Source: Mytilus trossulus (Eukaryota). From it: a DNA stretch of 64,000 bases. A program made the translations under genes and the position numbers. Numbering within the stretch: the stretch's first letter is position 1; every line of letters starts with the position of its first letter. The stretch is from positions 53,878,001 through 53,942,000 of the forward strand of contig NC_086377.1 of assembly GCF_036588685.1 (NCBI RefSeq), read 5' to 3'. This document shows positions 51,747-64,000 of the stretch, piece after piece. The notes beneath the pieces are model-generated. The model searched no databases. It was not told the origin of the DNA and saw nothing but the letters and a program-made list of their open reading frames with translations.

Positions 51747-54700
51747 ATTAACGATCAAACTAAACTTCGCCACCTTTTAACCACCTTAGCTTCTGTTAAG
51801 TTGTTGTTAAAATCCACTTAAAGGCCTCTACACACTTGCAGATCTCCGGACGATTGGTCACGAACCGGTAAATTTTGTTTTCTAATATAATCTTGTCTAG
51901 CCTTTCTAGGCGCGTCCCTTGCTTTGGTGTTTACTTAAGACACTTTTCGATACAACACATTTCCAGGACAAAGTGCATGTTTTCCTCTTTCAAAACAGGA
52001 ATTTCAATTGCAGAAACCATCTCTGTACTGTATTTATGTATTAATTTCAGATGTCTGTTTATCTTCCATTTCTCAGCATATTTCTGCTTACACTTATGTG
52101 GACACGAGCAGACATTTATTTTTTTCACATGTTTCAGCTTCCAGTGAACTGTGTATTTGGCACGTGTTCTGGGGATAGGGCCTGTGCAAACCACTACCTC
52201 ACAACACATGCACTCTGGCGGCCAAATATCCCTCAAATCATCTTTAAAATAAAGACTCCTTATCTTTAGACATTCTGTGAAATAAAATTAACTTTTAATT
52301 AAATGTTCAATATCAATATAGTTTTTCAAATTTTTAAATCTTGGTAAACACTTCCAGGATTTATGTATTTTATGTTCAATTTTGTTTGTCTGATAGCCTC
52401 AAAATATTCTCAAGTATACTAGTCTTCACAATTACTATTTTTATTAAAAGCTTATTTTCGGAGTTAGGGGGGGGGGGGGGGGGTAAGGGGCGACAGTTAT
52501 TTTAAGAACAGCCCGCCCCCGAAACACTCACTATACGTTTTGGTATACAAGTCGGATGAACCTACAAGTTTACGCTTGTCCAATACGGTTCATGTTGTGA
52601 ACTCCAACTTGACGGGTGTACAAGGCAGTATTTCTTTATTACACTTAAGTAATAGTAACTATGATATAAGATAAACCGATCTCGAATATCAACGTACCGT
52701 ATCTTATGTCTCCGTAGACTTTTGATAATCGACCCTACGGAGACTAATTATATCTCATTTAAGATTTGAATAATATTCTTATGAGAGGAATGAATTTTTA
52801 GCCTGGTGGGATGAAAAGCAAACACAAATACATGGACAGCAGCATACATTTATATTTTTTGAAACAAAATATAATACTCACCTCTAATTTGTACACAAGC
52901 TTATCTGGTCGAATAAATTATTTGTTGGGGAATGCTGTGTAGTAAGCCGCCTCTACCTGAATACAGGATTTCATAACTATGTCCTTTCAGTGCTGGAAAA
53001 CAGCTGTGCAAATATTCTCGAAACTCAATGTCTGTCCATTGTAGGAGAGATGACTTCTCTGACGTCCTACGCCATACTGTAGTTGAGCGCGTTCTATTTC
53101 TGGTACACCTTTTGAAAGTTTTGAAATTTGTATTAAAAATGAGTATACAGAAAAGAAAAATGCTCTATGATTAGCTAATGGATGTTACTTTGATACAATC
53201 TGTTCCACTCACAAAGAGCTGTATCTTTTATAATTCAAACGCGATCCTACTTTCTATTTTTACTGTCAAATCACATTTATATTATGACTATAATAGCGTA
53301 AACAAACGACATTTCTTGATTAAGCTCACCTGGTCCGAAAGGCCAAATTAGCTTCCTAAACGTGTCCTATCGACACATGTCCAGGCTCTGTAGAGCCTGT
53401 AGATCATAGTGTGCTCACATTTATATACTGATAATACTTCATTAAAAATACATAATCCCAAAGTTGTTAAGAAATTAAAATTGATGTTGTTCACTCTATC
53501 AGTGCTGGGGTCATTCAAGCAAGTTAAATATGCCTGAAGATGTGTCATCCTTTTATCTAGTTCATGTTGCAGGTCTTCTTCCTCTTTTTGTTTGTGAATG
53601 CCCGACATCATACAAACATTATCTGCTCAATTCCTGTCCGAGTCTTCTGGCATTCTGGGGTTGAGAACTGAGTGTCCAATAGTCTATTCAGCTCATTTGA
53701 AACTGTTCAAATGTCCTAGAAAATCTAAAATATACCAGTCATAAGACAGTCATAAACTTTTACTACTTCGGTTCATATAAAAAGTTATTACAAATATTTT
53801 CAGGCAATTGCCATTTGCAAAGAAATGTACATTTTATCTTTTTCATTTTATCAGAACGGCTTTAAAACAACCGTTGCGTTGCCTAATTTTTCTCTGATAC
53901 GTCAACAGTGTCGTGCAAAGAATATTACAAAAAAATATATTGCAGAATTCGTGCAAATTCATCAAACGAAATTGTCCTGACGATGTGCTACTGATTAGAA
54001 AAACGGTCCTGGTTTTGTGCTTATATAGTTTAAAGTGGTAAATATCCAAGATCATTGATGCTTAATTGTTATTGAATGGTTATCTGATGTCTGTTTTCTT
54101 GAAATTGACACTGTTGTGAATCTGTTACTGTAACTGTCTTCTGTTTTTTTTTTTCATTTAAGATGAATGATTTGGTAAAATTTGTCAGAATTTTTAAGAA
54201 TTGATCTTTATATCTTTACAGTAATATGGCACTAATTTATTTACTGTGTATTATGAGGGAAAATAGAAAAAAAACCTTATTTAATGTTAATTCACATATT
54301 CATTACATGAGACTTTAAGATTTAATAGAAAGGATTATACTTTTGAAAATTGTATTAAGTAGACTAGATTTTCAAATGTTTGTTTAATTATTCATTGCTG
54401 CAACACCCATCCTTGGACCCACTCTTCCTGCATCTTTTTTGTTTGCTTGGTCTTTCATCACCAGTTGATATCGTGCATTTTGTATAAGGAACACTGACCT
54501 TCTTGATAGGAATTTCATTTTGAGATATCAGGTCAGATGTGACTCGGTAAACAGTTTATATGCTTGTTTTGTCCATTAATACTTGCATTGTCATTTTATA
54601 TGTGATGTTTTCTTCAAGCACATCAACATTTGAGGTTAGGATGTTCTTAATTGTTCGTAAAATTGTTTGTTTTAAGACCGGCAAAATAGCAAAACTCTAT

Positions 54701-55797
54701 ACAAATCGCTTTTTTACCGAAGCCGATAAAATAAACCCTAACTAAGAGATGGATGTCCATCAATGTTTTTATCATGTTTATCTTTTATAGTGTGACGGTT
54801 AGCACATATGTTCAAAATATTTGTATGTGCGTACTAGGTATGTAAAGTAGATGTAAATGATAATACTATAAAAAAAAATATTCAGAGGCTATATAGTGTA
54901 CATGGACAGTGAAAAATTGTGAGCTCTGCACATCGTCCTCAAGCAATTTTCATGCTAATGGCAGAATAAAGTAATAAAAATAGCTTCCAAGGTAGTGTGA
55001 ATGATATGATAATGTACATGTAGTTTGGTATGAACTTTAAAGTATTCTTGCACTAATCTTTGAAATGAAAGAGCTGAATATGGACTACAAATTGATATAA
55101 AAATGTGTGTACACCTAAGTAATACATGTATATTCGTATGGGCCTCAGGAAAAAACAGTCCTACAGCTTACGATGTTAACCTCTTTAAATATATAAGAAA
55201 TTGTTATTATATAACATTTACAGAGTAAAAAACAAAATCACTGAAATAAATGTAGATATTGTTTTCAAATCTATATATTATGTATATTGAAGCTCAACAT
55301 TATGAAAAAATCACACAAGAGAAGAATAACATTCAGATTACAGAAATGAACTTTGAATTATTTTCATAATTGAAAATTCTTAAAACTTAAAACTTTCTCA
55401 TAAATTCTGTTGATACAATGTATACTTCACATTTTGTTTTATGCTGCGCTTAAACAATATTTATTTCTCAGATGATTTGCATTATGTTCAGAGTATGAAG
55501 ATGTAACCTGTAAGTGTTATCTATAAACTTGTATGTCAGTGCGAAAGCCGGAAACACTGAAGAGTTCCTTTCAATCGGTCACGCGGGAAAAGGGAGATAA
55601 TCGTAGTTTTAAAAGATGGCGCCACCATCGTATTGACGCAGTGTTTACCTTACCTTTTAAATTGGCTTAAAAGGTGGTTTCTAGATACTTTAAATGCAGT
55701 TTAAGAACTTATTTAAGTAAAATATTGATTTGATTACATGATTGATGAATAACGACTTTGTCAATCGATTATAACTATACAAATCGAGTCGATATAA

Positions 55798-57093
55798 AAC
55801 TAGAGGCTCCAAAGAGCCTGTGTCGCTCACCTTGGTCTATGTGAATATTAAACAAAGGACGCATTTGAATTCATGACAAAATTGTGTTTTGGTGATGGTG
55901 ATGTGTTTGTATATCTTACTTTACTGAACATTATTGCTGCTTACAATCATTCTATCTATATTGAACTTGGCCTAAGAGCTTCAGTGGAAAATGTTAGTTA
56001 AAATTTACAAATTTTATGAAAATTGTTAAAAATTGACTATAAAGGGCAATAACTCCTTATGGGGTCAATTGACCATTTAGGTCATGTTGACTTATTTTTA
56101 GGTGTTACTTTGCTGTACATTGTTTCCCTTTACAGTTTATCTCTATCTATAATAATATTCAAGATAATAACAAAAAACGGCAAAATTTCCTTAAAATGAC
56201 TAATTCAGGGGCAGCAACCTAACAGCAGTTTGTCCAATCCATCTGAAAATTTCATGGCAAATAGATCTTGACCTGATTAACACTTTTACTCCCTGTTAGA
56301 TTTGCTCTAAATGCTTTGGTTTTTGAGTTATAAGCAAAAAACTGCATTTTACCCCTATGTTCTATTTTTAACCATGGCGGCCATCTTTGTTGGTTGGCCG
56401 GGTCACGCCACACAATTTTTAAACTAGATACCCCAATGATGATTGCGGCCAAGTTTGTTTAAATTTGGCCTGGTAGTTTCAGAGGAGAAGATTTTTGTAA
56501 AAGATTACCAAGATTTACGAAAAATGGTTAAAAATTGACTATAAAGGATAATAACTCCTAAAGTGGTCAACTGACCATTTTGGTTATGTTGACTTATTTG
56601 TAGATTTTACTTTGCTGAACATTATTGCTGTTTACAGTTTAACTCTATCTATAATAATATTCAAGATAATAACAAAAAACAGCAAAATTTCCCTAAAATT
56701 ACCAATTCAGGGGCAGCAACCCAACAACAGGTTGTCCGATTCATCTGAAAATTTCAGGGCAGTTAGATCTTGACCTGATGAACATTTTTACCCCATGTCA
56801 GATTTGCTCTAAATGCTTTGGTTTTTGAGTTATAAGCCAAAAACTGCTTTTTACCCCTATGTTCTATTTTTAGCCGTGGCGGCCATCTTGGTTGGTTGGC
56901 GGGGTCACCGGACACAATTTTTAAACTAGATACCCCAATGATGATTATGGCCAAGTTTGGATTAATTTGGCCCAGCAGTTTCAGAGGAGAAGATTTTTGT
57001 AAAAGTTAACGACGACGGACGCAGGACGACGGACGACGCCGGACGCCAAGTGATGAGAAAAGCTCACCTGGCCCGAAGGGCCAAGTGAGCTAA
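55798..57093 (-). mobile_element. Helentron-type non-autonomous element with ~500-bp internal tandem units (same family as 12670-13912)
   Basis: AACTAGAGGCTCCAAAGAGCC..GCTCACCT start; AGCTCACCTGGCCCGAAGGGCCAAGTGAGCT stem-loop end; (GGACGAC)n; repeats at 56030 and 56531. Confidence 0.8.
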
Positions 57094-59091
57094 AAAGGGG
57101 GCGTGTTGATTTTTTTTCACAAAGGGAATCCTTGGTCTAAAAATAAGTGACACAAATGCATCCTAAGCCATCCCATTGGTCAAAACTGGTATGAATCTCG
57201 GGGAAACACATGAGGTGATCGATACGTCACCAAATTTACCCATCATTCGTTGCGATGTGAGTGTATTACACATCGGAATGTGTGGAAGGTAACGGCGGTA
57301 TTTTTGATGAAAACGCAATTGAATTCACAACCAGGAGGTAGAATTTAACATCCATACGTAGCAAAACAGTGCTGATTTTACAATTATTAGTTCTTTGTTA
57401 TCAGAATAGATAAGATATGGTTGCGACAATGATTTTTTTAGCCAATAAAAGTCAAAAGGTATGTATGCAAGATGTAAATAAACAACAGCTGATTTTGCGG
57501 ATTTTGAACATCCATGCCAATACAAAAATAATGTACACCATTGTAATGATCAGAATGCTATAAACGAATAGAATATCTCATGTGATGATAATTTTTATGT
57601 TTTAAACGATTTATCTGCATGCATAATGACCATGACTTGGACAAAAGTATTTATAATTTTAATGTTATACTCAACTGAGTAAACAATGATTGTGTCTCTT
57701 GTGGATAGTTGTCCAATTTGCAATCATAACAATGATTGTTTCTCTTATGGATAGTTGTCCCATTTGCAATCATAAACCAGATTCATATGCATGTATACAT
57801 TTTGCAAGAGATTGTCACCTTCATTTAGTATTACATGCAAGCTATTTCACTATTTTGTGCTGCATATGATATACTCTGACACTATTTCATGGAGACTCTA
57901 AATGTAAGTTGTTGATTTTTACTATTGAGTGTGTATGCAGCAAGATTTAAATGAATAGACTATATAAGTTCAAGAAGTTTGCTGTCATCTCTATGCTGTC
58001 TCAATATTCCCATTCTAATATTGCTTTAACTGTTCTTGACTTTAGTGTTGAAACCTTTATTTACAGTTAATATAGATATGCACTCTTACAGGCAGGCATG
58101 CCATAAAATTCATATGAATAAAAGGAGATGTTCCTGTTCAGTTAACATAGAATGTTTAACCCTGCCATATTCTGTGTGCCTGTCCCAAGTCACATTCAGT
58201 GGTTATTTATGGTTCACGTCAAAGCCAATTACAGCCAACCATATGGAATGAGATTTTCTCATTAATAGAGACTTAGTGTTGCCTATATCAAGTGTTTCAC
58301 TCTGTACAATGACGTCATATAAAACATGATACCAAGAAATACAAAGAATAGCTAACGTCTCACTCCGTGACATATAGTTAACCTTCCATATTTTCTTATC
58401 CTGAAAGCTTTTAGAAATTCGATATAGGATTTGCTTATTGTTGAAGGCTGAAGCCACCTGTTGCTGTTCATAGCAATGTTCTCATGTCTACAAAGTACTA
58501 AATTAATTGTTATCTCATCTGCAGTCATACCACTTCTCCTTAAATACATGTACATATCTTCTGAATTTGGATTTTGTATGACAGTTGGAAATTAAGAAAC
58601 ATTCACAAGTATTACTCTAGTGTTCATGCGTTAGTATACACAAAGGTCGTTAATCCTTGATGTTTAATACTACTTGTTCTGTTGTCATAATAAGCTAATA
58701 ATTCTGAAAGTTTAACATTTAATTCGAATACATCAGGCATATATATATATATTTTCAATTCATTGTCATATAACTTAGGAAGGCAAAGAAATAGAAAACT
58801 GAGGTAAATAATATTAAAATAAAATTAGCAAATTAGGAAAGCAAAAACTAAATCAACAAAGAGTAAATGATGGCGTCATTTATACTGAACATATGTTCTA
58901 AGGATGTAAACTTTGATAGATAAATGCCAAAGTAGGATTTTAAACCCAATTAAAAGGTTCAATCTGTGATTATCTACAGCAATGCTGTGTCTTCTCCAAC
59001 ATATTCTCTTGTTAGTTCTATAACATTATACACATTAAAATATATTAAGAATTTTCAAAATTACAAATTTCATGAAAAAGACATTCAATCA

Positions 59092-59245
59092 AATAAACTG
59101 AGTACTTAGGGTGCAATACCGTCTTTCCCCAGACAACACAGAATGACTAGCATCCACATAAACTGAGTACTTAGGGTGCAATACCGTCTTTCCCCAGACA
59201 ACACAGAATGACGAGCATTCACATAAACATTTGAATATTCGATTG
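59092..59245. repeat. 66-bp tandem duplication
   Basis: ATAAACTGAGTACTTAGGGTGCAATACCGTCTT..CCCAGACAACACAGAATGAC occurs twice. Confidence 0.85.
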
Positions 59246-60749
59246 AATGTCTCTTCTTCCCCCATACATTTTTCTTCAGTGCTTTGTTTTCAGTAACAGA
59301 TCCTAATCTTACATGCTGATTAATATATACATGTACATGCCACATCTAATTAAAAGATCTTGAAAAATATCATGATTTTATAATTTCAAGTAATCTTAAA
59401 CATGTTAAATGGTAGTTACGCCTTCCAAAATGAAATCAAAGTATAAACTAAGCAGAATTTGAAATTAAAAAAAATTAGATAAAATAATTTAATAAAGATT
59501 AAAAATAAAGAAAAAGAAACCAAGGTCAAAACCTTAAAACTGAAGATTAAAATAAAATAGTCTGAGAGTATTTCAAATACATGAAACTCACAAGAAATAA
59601 TTAAATATTAAATACATTTAAAGTGCTGTTTAGTATACATGAATTGAGTAGTAAATGTTCATATTATTGGGTTCAGACATCTGTAAAATCATCTATAGGT
59701 CCATCTTTCTACAAGTGAACTTCTCAATGTGGAGTTGCTCTGCTTCTTAGATATTCTGAAATAACATGAATATTATAATGTGTATCAATATGATGAATAT
59801 GAATGATTATTTCAAATTTTTACAACTTTGGTTGTCAGTGTCTGCAGTACATCATATTTGGATCTATTAAAGCAAACTAACATGCAAGTCAACACTATAT
59901 ACACATATATACACAAAAAAAAAAGAATGCACTTATGCACAAATAGTTCATACAATTGGTTGTAAGATACTATAAACATTGCATTTAACTATATATCTTC
60001 AATAATTAATAAACATCATTTAATTATAAATGACCTTAGAAAAAGCTTCATTGATAAGTCATTGTGTTGCTACATGTACAATGTATTTAAAATGAGAATT
60101 ATGATCAAATTTGCAACTGATTCTTAATCTGAAAAGAAGAATAAGTTTGTGAATCCATCTATACATATAGATTTAGCATATATATTTACAACATCAAACT
60201 GGACATCCTTTAAAAATCAGCAATTCTGAAACATATATATTCTATACTTTACTATACTTTCAAAAATATAATTAAGAAGTGGAAAGTAATATTTGCATTT
60301 AAATGCTAACATACATGTACAAATGTATAAGTGAGTGAAAACACACATGTACATAATTACAGCAACTCTTCTCTACATTTTTTTCCTATTTATTACATAC
60401 ATGTACATGTATATACATTTGAATATATACAACAGAGTCAAGAAGGCTTAATATCAACACAAAGGCACACATCACATTAAACTTGGCTATCTTTTGCTTA
60501 TTAAACAATGTTTAAATATTTGAAACATTATCAAAAAGGTATCTTTCGGTCAACACTCTTCACAAGTATACTTAAAATACTTCAACAATATTTGAGACGA
60601 GGTCTATTTAACCCCAAAACTATATTTTAACAACTGAATACAATATGTCCATTGATCTAGTTGAATGTCACATGTGCTATATGATTACGAGTGGTTAAAA
60701 GAATAATTGTTAGCACTGGCTGATTCATAAATAGATACATGTATATACT

Positions 60750-62924
60750 TCAAACTTCTGTGTCATCTATATCTAAGTAAATCATTTCTAACTCTTGTAC
60801 AGGATCTTCATAGTCATCTTCATCATCTGATTCCATATCAGATTCATCAGAAGGAACTGGTTCAAGAGCTACATCTGAAAGTGAAAAATCAAGATCAACA
60901 GAGATTGGTGCCTCATGCATATTTTTACAGTTGATGCATTTGCAACCAGGGCAGCAAAAACCATCATGGCTATCAGACTTCAACTTCCTGCATTTACATC
61001 GATTGGTAATACATCCAGTTTTGCAAGAGCAGCCCTTCGTATACCAATCTACAGTCTTCTCTACTTTCAGTAAGTTTACATCACTATCCCATACACACCT
61101 AAGTAAGCTGTCAAAGTGTAGGTTAGTATGTTCATCCTGCAATTTTATAATTTGCCATCCAAAATCTGAAAGAGATGGAAGCTTTAAAAACCCAGTAGAC
61201 GCTTGTGACCAAAACATAAAGACACAACAGCATCTCTGCCAATGAAATTTTAATGCGTCGGCATTTGGCATAATTTCAACCTCAGTCAAAATTCTCTCCC
61301 ACATCTTTTCCCTAATATCTGAAATTAATGTTAAATGTTTTTCATTAATAGTATCTGCATTTATAGTATCAAACAGAGACTTTGGTGATGAAATAGGTAG
61401 GAAGGCAGAACAGTGTCTGGAAAAGTATACAGCTGAGATTAATCTGTAAAAGGAATGAAGCCCGAGCTGTGAATTAATATCACATAAGAGACCATGCTCA
61501 GAACCACCTGATATAAAACCAGCATACTTTCTAAAGGTGTCAAAAAAAGTTTTCTTGCCATACCCTTTAAAAAAGGAAGTATAATCACATCCACTTAATA
61601 TATACAAAATTTGAATACATTGTTCTATGTTTTCAATTCCCTGAAAGCAAACATCATTTTTTAATGATCGAACTAATGCGTTCATATCAATAAATGATTT
61701 TTCATAATGAGTATCTTTCAACTGAACAAAAATTGATTTGTTTATATTTTTCAGTATTGGTAAACCTATGAAGTAAACATCTGTATCAGGACTGTAAATG
61801 ATGATGTTTATAGCAGATGATGTAACAGCATGCAACCATACTCTGGTGTCTGCCTCTTCATGATCGCCAGCTGCATCAACATATTCTGTAATAGAACCAT
61901 GTTTGGAGCATAGTGCTTTGTCTTTGAATTCATTGTCAAAGCCACCTGCTGTAACTAAAAGAAAATCAGAACTTGAAAACTTTTCATTTGCCAGCTGTAA
62001 AAATTTGTCTGAAAGAAAATTAACTAGTAAGCGTTTCTGAAATCTGACACCAATAAAAGATCTCCAGTTCTGAGGCAAGACTGTGTTTGGGCATATCTCT
62101 TTGTAATCTGAGGATTGTATTTCAGAATCACGTCTGGATCGTTCAAGGTCCTTTGGACTGACACCATTTCTGTTCGGGTGGTCAAATATTATGTGTACTT
62201 CTGAGGCCTTGAGTTGGTGATGTTGACGTACTACCCACAAGTCAAAAAGGAAGGCTGCATATTCTGAAAATGTTTTGTGAATAGAAAGAGGACTTGTATT
62301 AATGATAAACATGGCATCAATAATAAAAGCTAGTGACTTAGCTGCTGAAATGGAAACTGGCAAATTAGTTAAGAATGATTCTGAATATAATTTCTTAAAA
62401 ACTGTGGTTGTCCAACTCTTTTGTCCTTTCTCTGGCACACCCTCAGCATCACAAATAGCACGAGGCAGCTGTATAAACTGTTCCAAATTAGAAACTGGCT
62501 TGTTAGTTAATTTAGAAAAGGCAATTTTTTTCCTTAAACATGAAATAACAGTTTTTTGATCTTTTATTTCTTTCTTTTGTCTATGAACTGTAACCTTGGA
62601 AATACTAAAAGTTTTTAAATTTCTTTTTTTTCGGGGAGGGGGTTTTGTCTTGCTGTCCGTAGTCTTAAGCAAAAAGCAATTTACATAATTTGATAAATCT
62701 TCCTGTCCTAACTGTCTGTATTTCATTAAACTGTCCGTCTGTTCAGCTGTTGCATCAGTGTCAGTAAAAATGTGATGCAGTGTCAGTCTATCTCCTGTAC
62801 CAAATAAAGAAGACTCCTTTAAATGACTAAAATACTCATGAATATTCTTCTCCTCTAATTCAACATAAGGGGTAGTATGTTGCGTATGATGTGGCATTTC
62901 ATTTTCAAGGAGTAATTTTTCCAC
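60750..62924 (-). CDS. C-terminal half of an Academ transposon protein: XPG/PIN-like nuclease plus Cys-rich CXC finger
   Basis: 724-aa ORF with IIDAM, HIIFD, HEEADTR, SPDTDV, SGCDYTSFF.G.GKK, FGW and CSCKTGC..RCKC..C..GCKC.NC.N. N-terminal part lost at the LINE junction. Confidence 0.8.
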   Translation of the reverse strand: MEKLLLENEMPHHTQHTTPYVELEEKNIHEYFSHLKESSLFGTGDRLTLHHIFTDTDATAEQTDSLMKYRQLGQEDLSNYVNCFLLKTTDSKTKPPPRKKRNLKTFSISKVTVHRQKKEIKDQKTVISCLRKKIAFSKLTNKPVSNLEQFIQLPRAICDAEGVPEKGQKSWTTTVFKKLYSESFLTNLPVSISAAKSLAFIIDAMFIINTSPLSIHKTFSEYAAFLFDLWVVRQHHQLKASEVHIIFDHPNRNGVSPKDLERSRRDSEIQSSDYKEICPNTVLPQNWRSFIGVRFQKRLLVNFLSDKFLQLANEKFSSSDFLLVTAGGFDNEFKDKALCSKHGSITEYVDAAGDHEEADTRVWLHAVTSSAINIIIYSPDTDVYFIGLPILKNINKSIFVQLKDTHYEKSFIDMNALVRSLKNDVCFQGIENIEQCIQILYILSGCDYTSFFKGYGKKTFFDTFRKYAGFISGGSEHGLLCDINSQLGLHSFYRLISAVYFSRHCSAFLPISSPKSLFDTINADTINEKHLTLISDIREKMWERILTEVEIMPNADALKFHWQRCCCVFMFWSQASTGFLKLPSLSDFGWQIIKLQDEHTNLHFDSLLRCVWDSDVNLLKVEKTVDWYTKGCSCKTGCITNRCKCRKLKSDSHDGFCCPGCKCINCKNMHEAPISVDLDFSLSDVALEPVPSDESDMESDDEDDYEDPVQELEMIYLDIDDTEV

Positions 62925-62929
62925 AGATG

Positions 62930-64000
62930 AATACTCAATTCACTCCATTTCCAAGATGTCAGAATGGGAACTCAAATCAACAAACTCAACAACCACTAAA
63001 CCATCCACATACACCTGGGCTACAGTGGACAAGACCTCCAATATGGACTAAACCACCACAATACCAAGCACCTATTGGACAGGATAGACCACAGAATGAG
63101 AACTTTCCTCAACAGGCACTAAACAATCCACAGATACCTGGTGTACAATATACAAGACCTCCAATGTGGACTAGACCACAACCCTATCAAACACCTATGG
63201 GATTGGTATTCGCCCCATATGCTCCTCATATGCAACAACAAAAAACACACATAAGCTATGATACAAGGCATAAAAATGTTCAACCACCTCGCCAAAGAGT
63301 AAATACCGAAACGCAAGGACAAAAACGGTCCAGAATGCAAAGAAATCATCAAAAACTGGCGAAAACCACTAACACCAACAGTGAACAAGTTTACAAGCAA
63401 CAAACTCTCCATCAAGTGCAAGAAAATCAGGAGCCAAACCAAAATTCTCATCAAAATCTGGTACAAACTCCAGAATCAAATCAGGCTAACACCCAAATAA
63501 GGGATGGACATGTACATGTATGTACAGAACATGATATGGACACATCTCATAGTACATGTAAGCCAGATATTCCACCGTCTAGAAGTAAATTACATCATAG
63601 AAGTATTTCGGAACCAGCCTTAAATAATGAACAAATAAACTCAAACAAGCCTTTTTTAGGAGCAGGCAGAGCCTCATCAGTAAACTGGACAATAAACCAC
63701 ATGAATTTATAATAGGAACCATCAATATTCAAAATATAAAAGGCAACACCCTGTATCTTAATTCAATCCTGGATACAGTGCAAATTCTATGTATACAAGA
63801 ACATTGGCTGCTATCTTTGGAAAAAAATATAGCAATAGAAATAAATAAAAAATTCTCGTCAAATATCAAATCAGTGGATGACGAAAACCCACTAATAGAC
63901 TTTAAATCTATCCGTGGCTACGGAGGAACAGCAATTCTGTAGCAGAAAGATCTAAACAACACAGTTAATATAATGCCGGATGGGAATTCTCGTATTCAAG
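62930..64000 (+). mobile_element. 5'-truncated LINE: Gln/Pro-rich ORF1 end (to 63712) and ORF2 APE endonuclease start (from ~63700, runs off window)
   Basis: The -1 frame reads FIIGTINIQNIK..ILCIQEHWL..RGYGGTAIL*..NSRIQ, an APE N-terminus with one TAG. Left junction uncertain within ~62925-62990. Confidence 0.8.

Overview
AT-rich, intron-containing animal genomic DNA. The repeat families resemble those of a bivalve, probably Mytilus (inference). No intact host gene is supportable; the window is a stack of nested mobile elements. (1) 1-12168: a large DNA transposon with a Kolobok-type GG/TTAA end. Its spliced minus-strand gene fuses a Mutator-like DDE transposase to a DEDDh 3'-5' exonuclease and carries one nonsense codon. 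(2) 19973-21682: a TTAA MITE carrying a Ginger-like TGT..ACA MITE. (3) Two retrozyme-type repeats with type I hammerhead ribozymes, one with a second hammerhead-like core on the opposite strand. (4) An internally deleted LINE at 22190-25380. (5) A 15.9-kb PIF/Harbinger element (34897-50793; perfect 21-bp TIR, TGG TSD) that splits a SINE. It contains a tandem KolobokP-like LTDR-INT-LTDR-INT-LTDR insertion and a split-direct-repeat (Ngaro/PAT-type) tyrosine-recombinase retroelement. (6) Several Helentron-type non-autonomous elements and seven Meta-domain SINE copies. (7) An Academ XPG/CXC ORF cut by a LINE whose ORF1/ORF2 junction has an in-phase UUUUUUA slippery site. All calls come from manual reading; no database searches were run.
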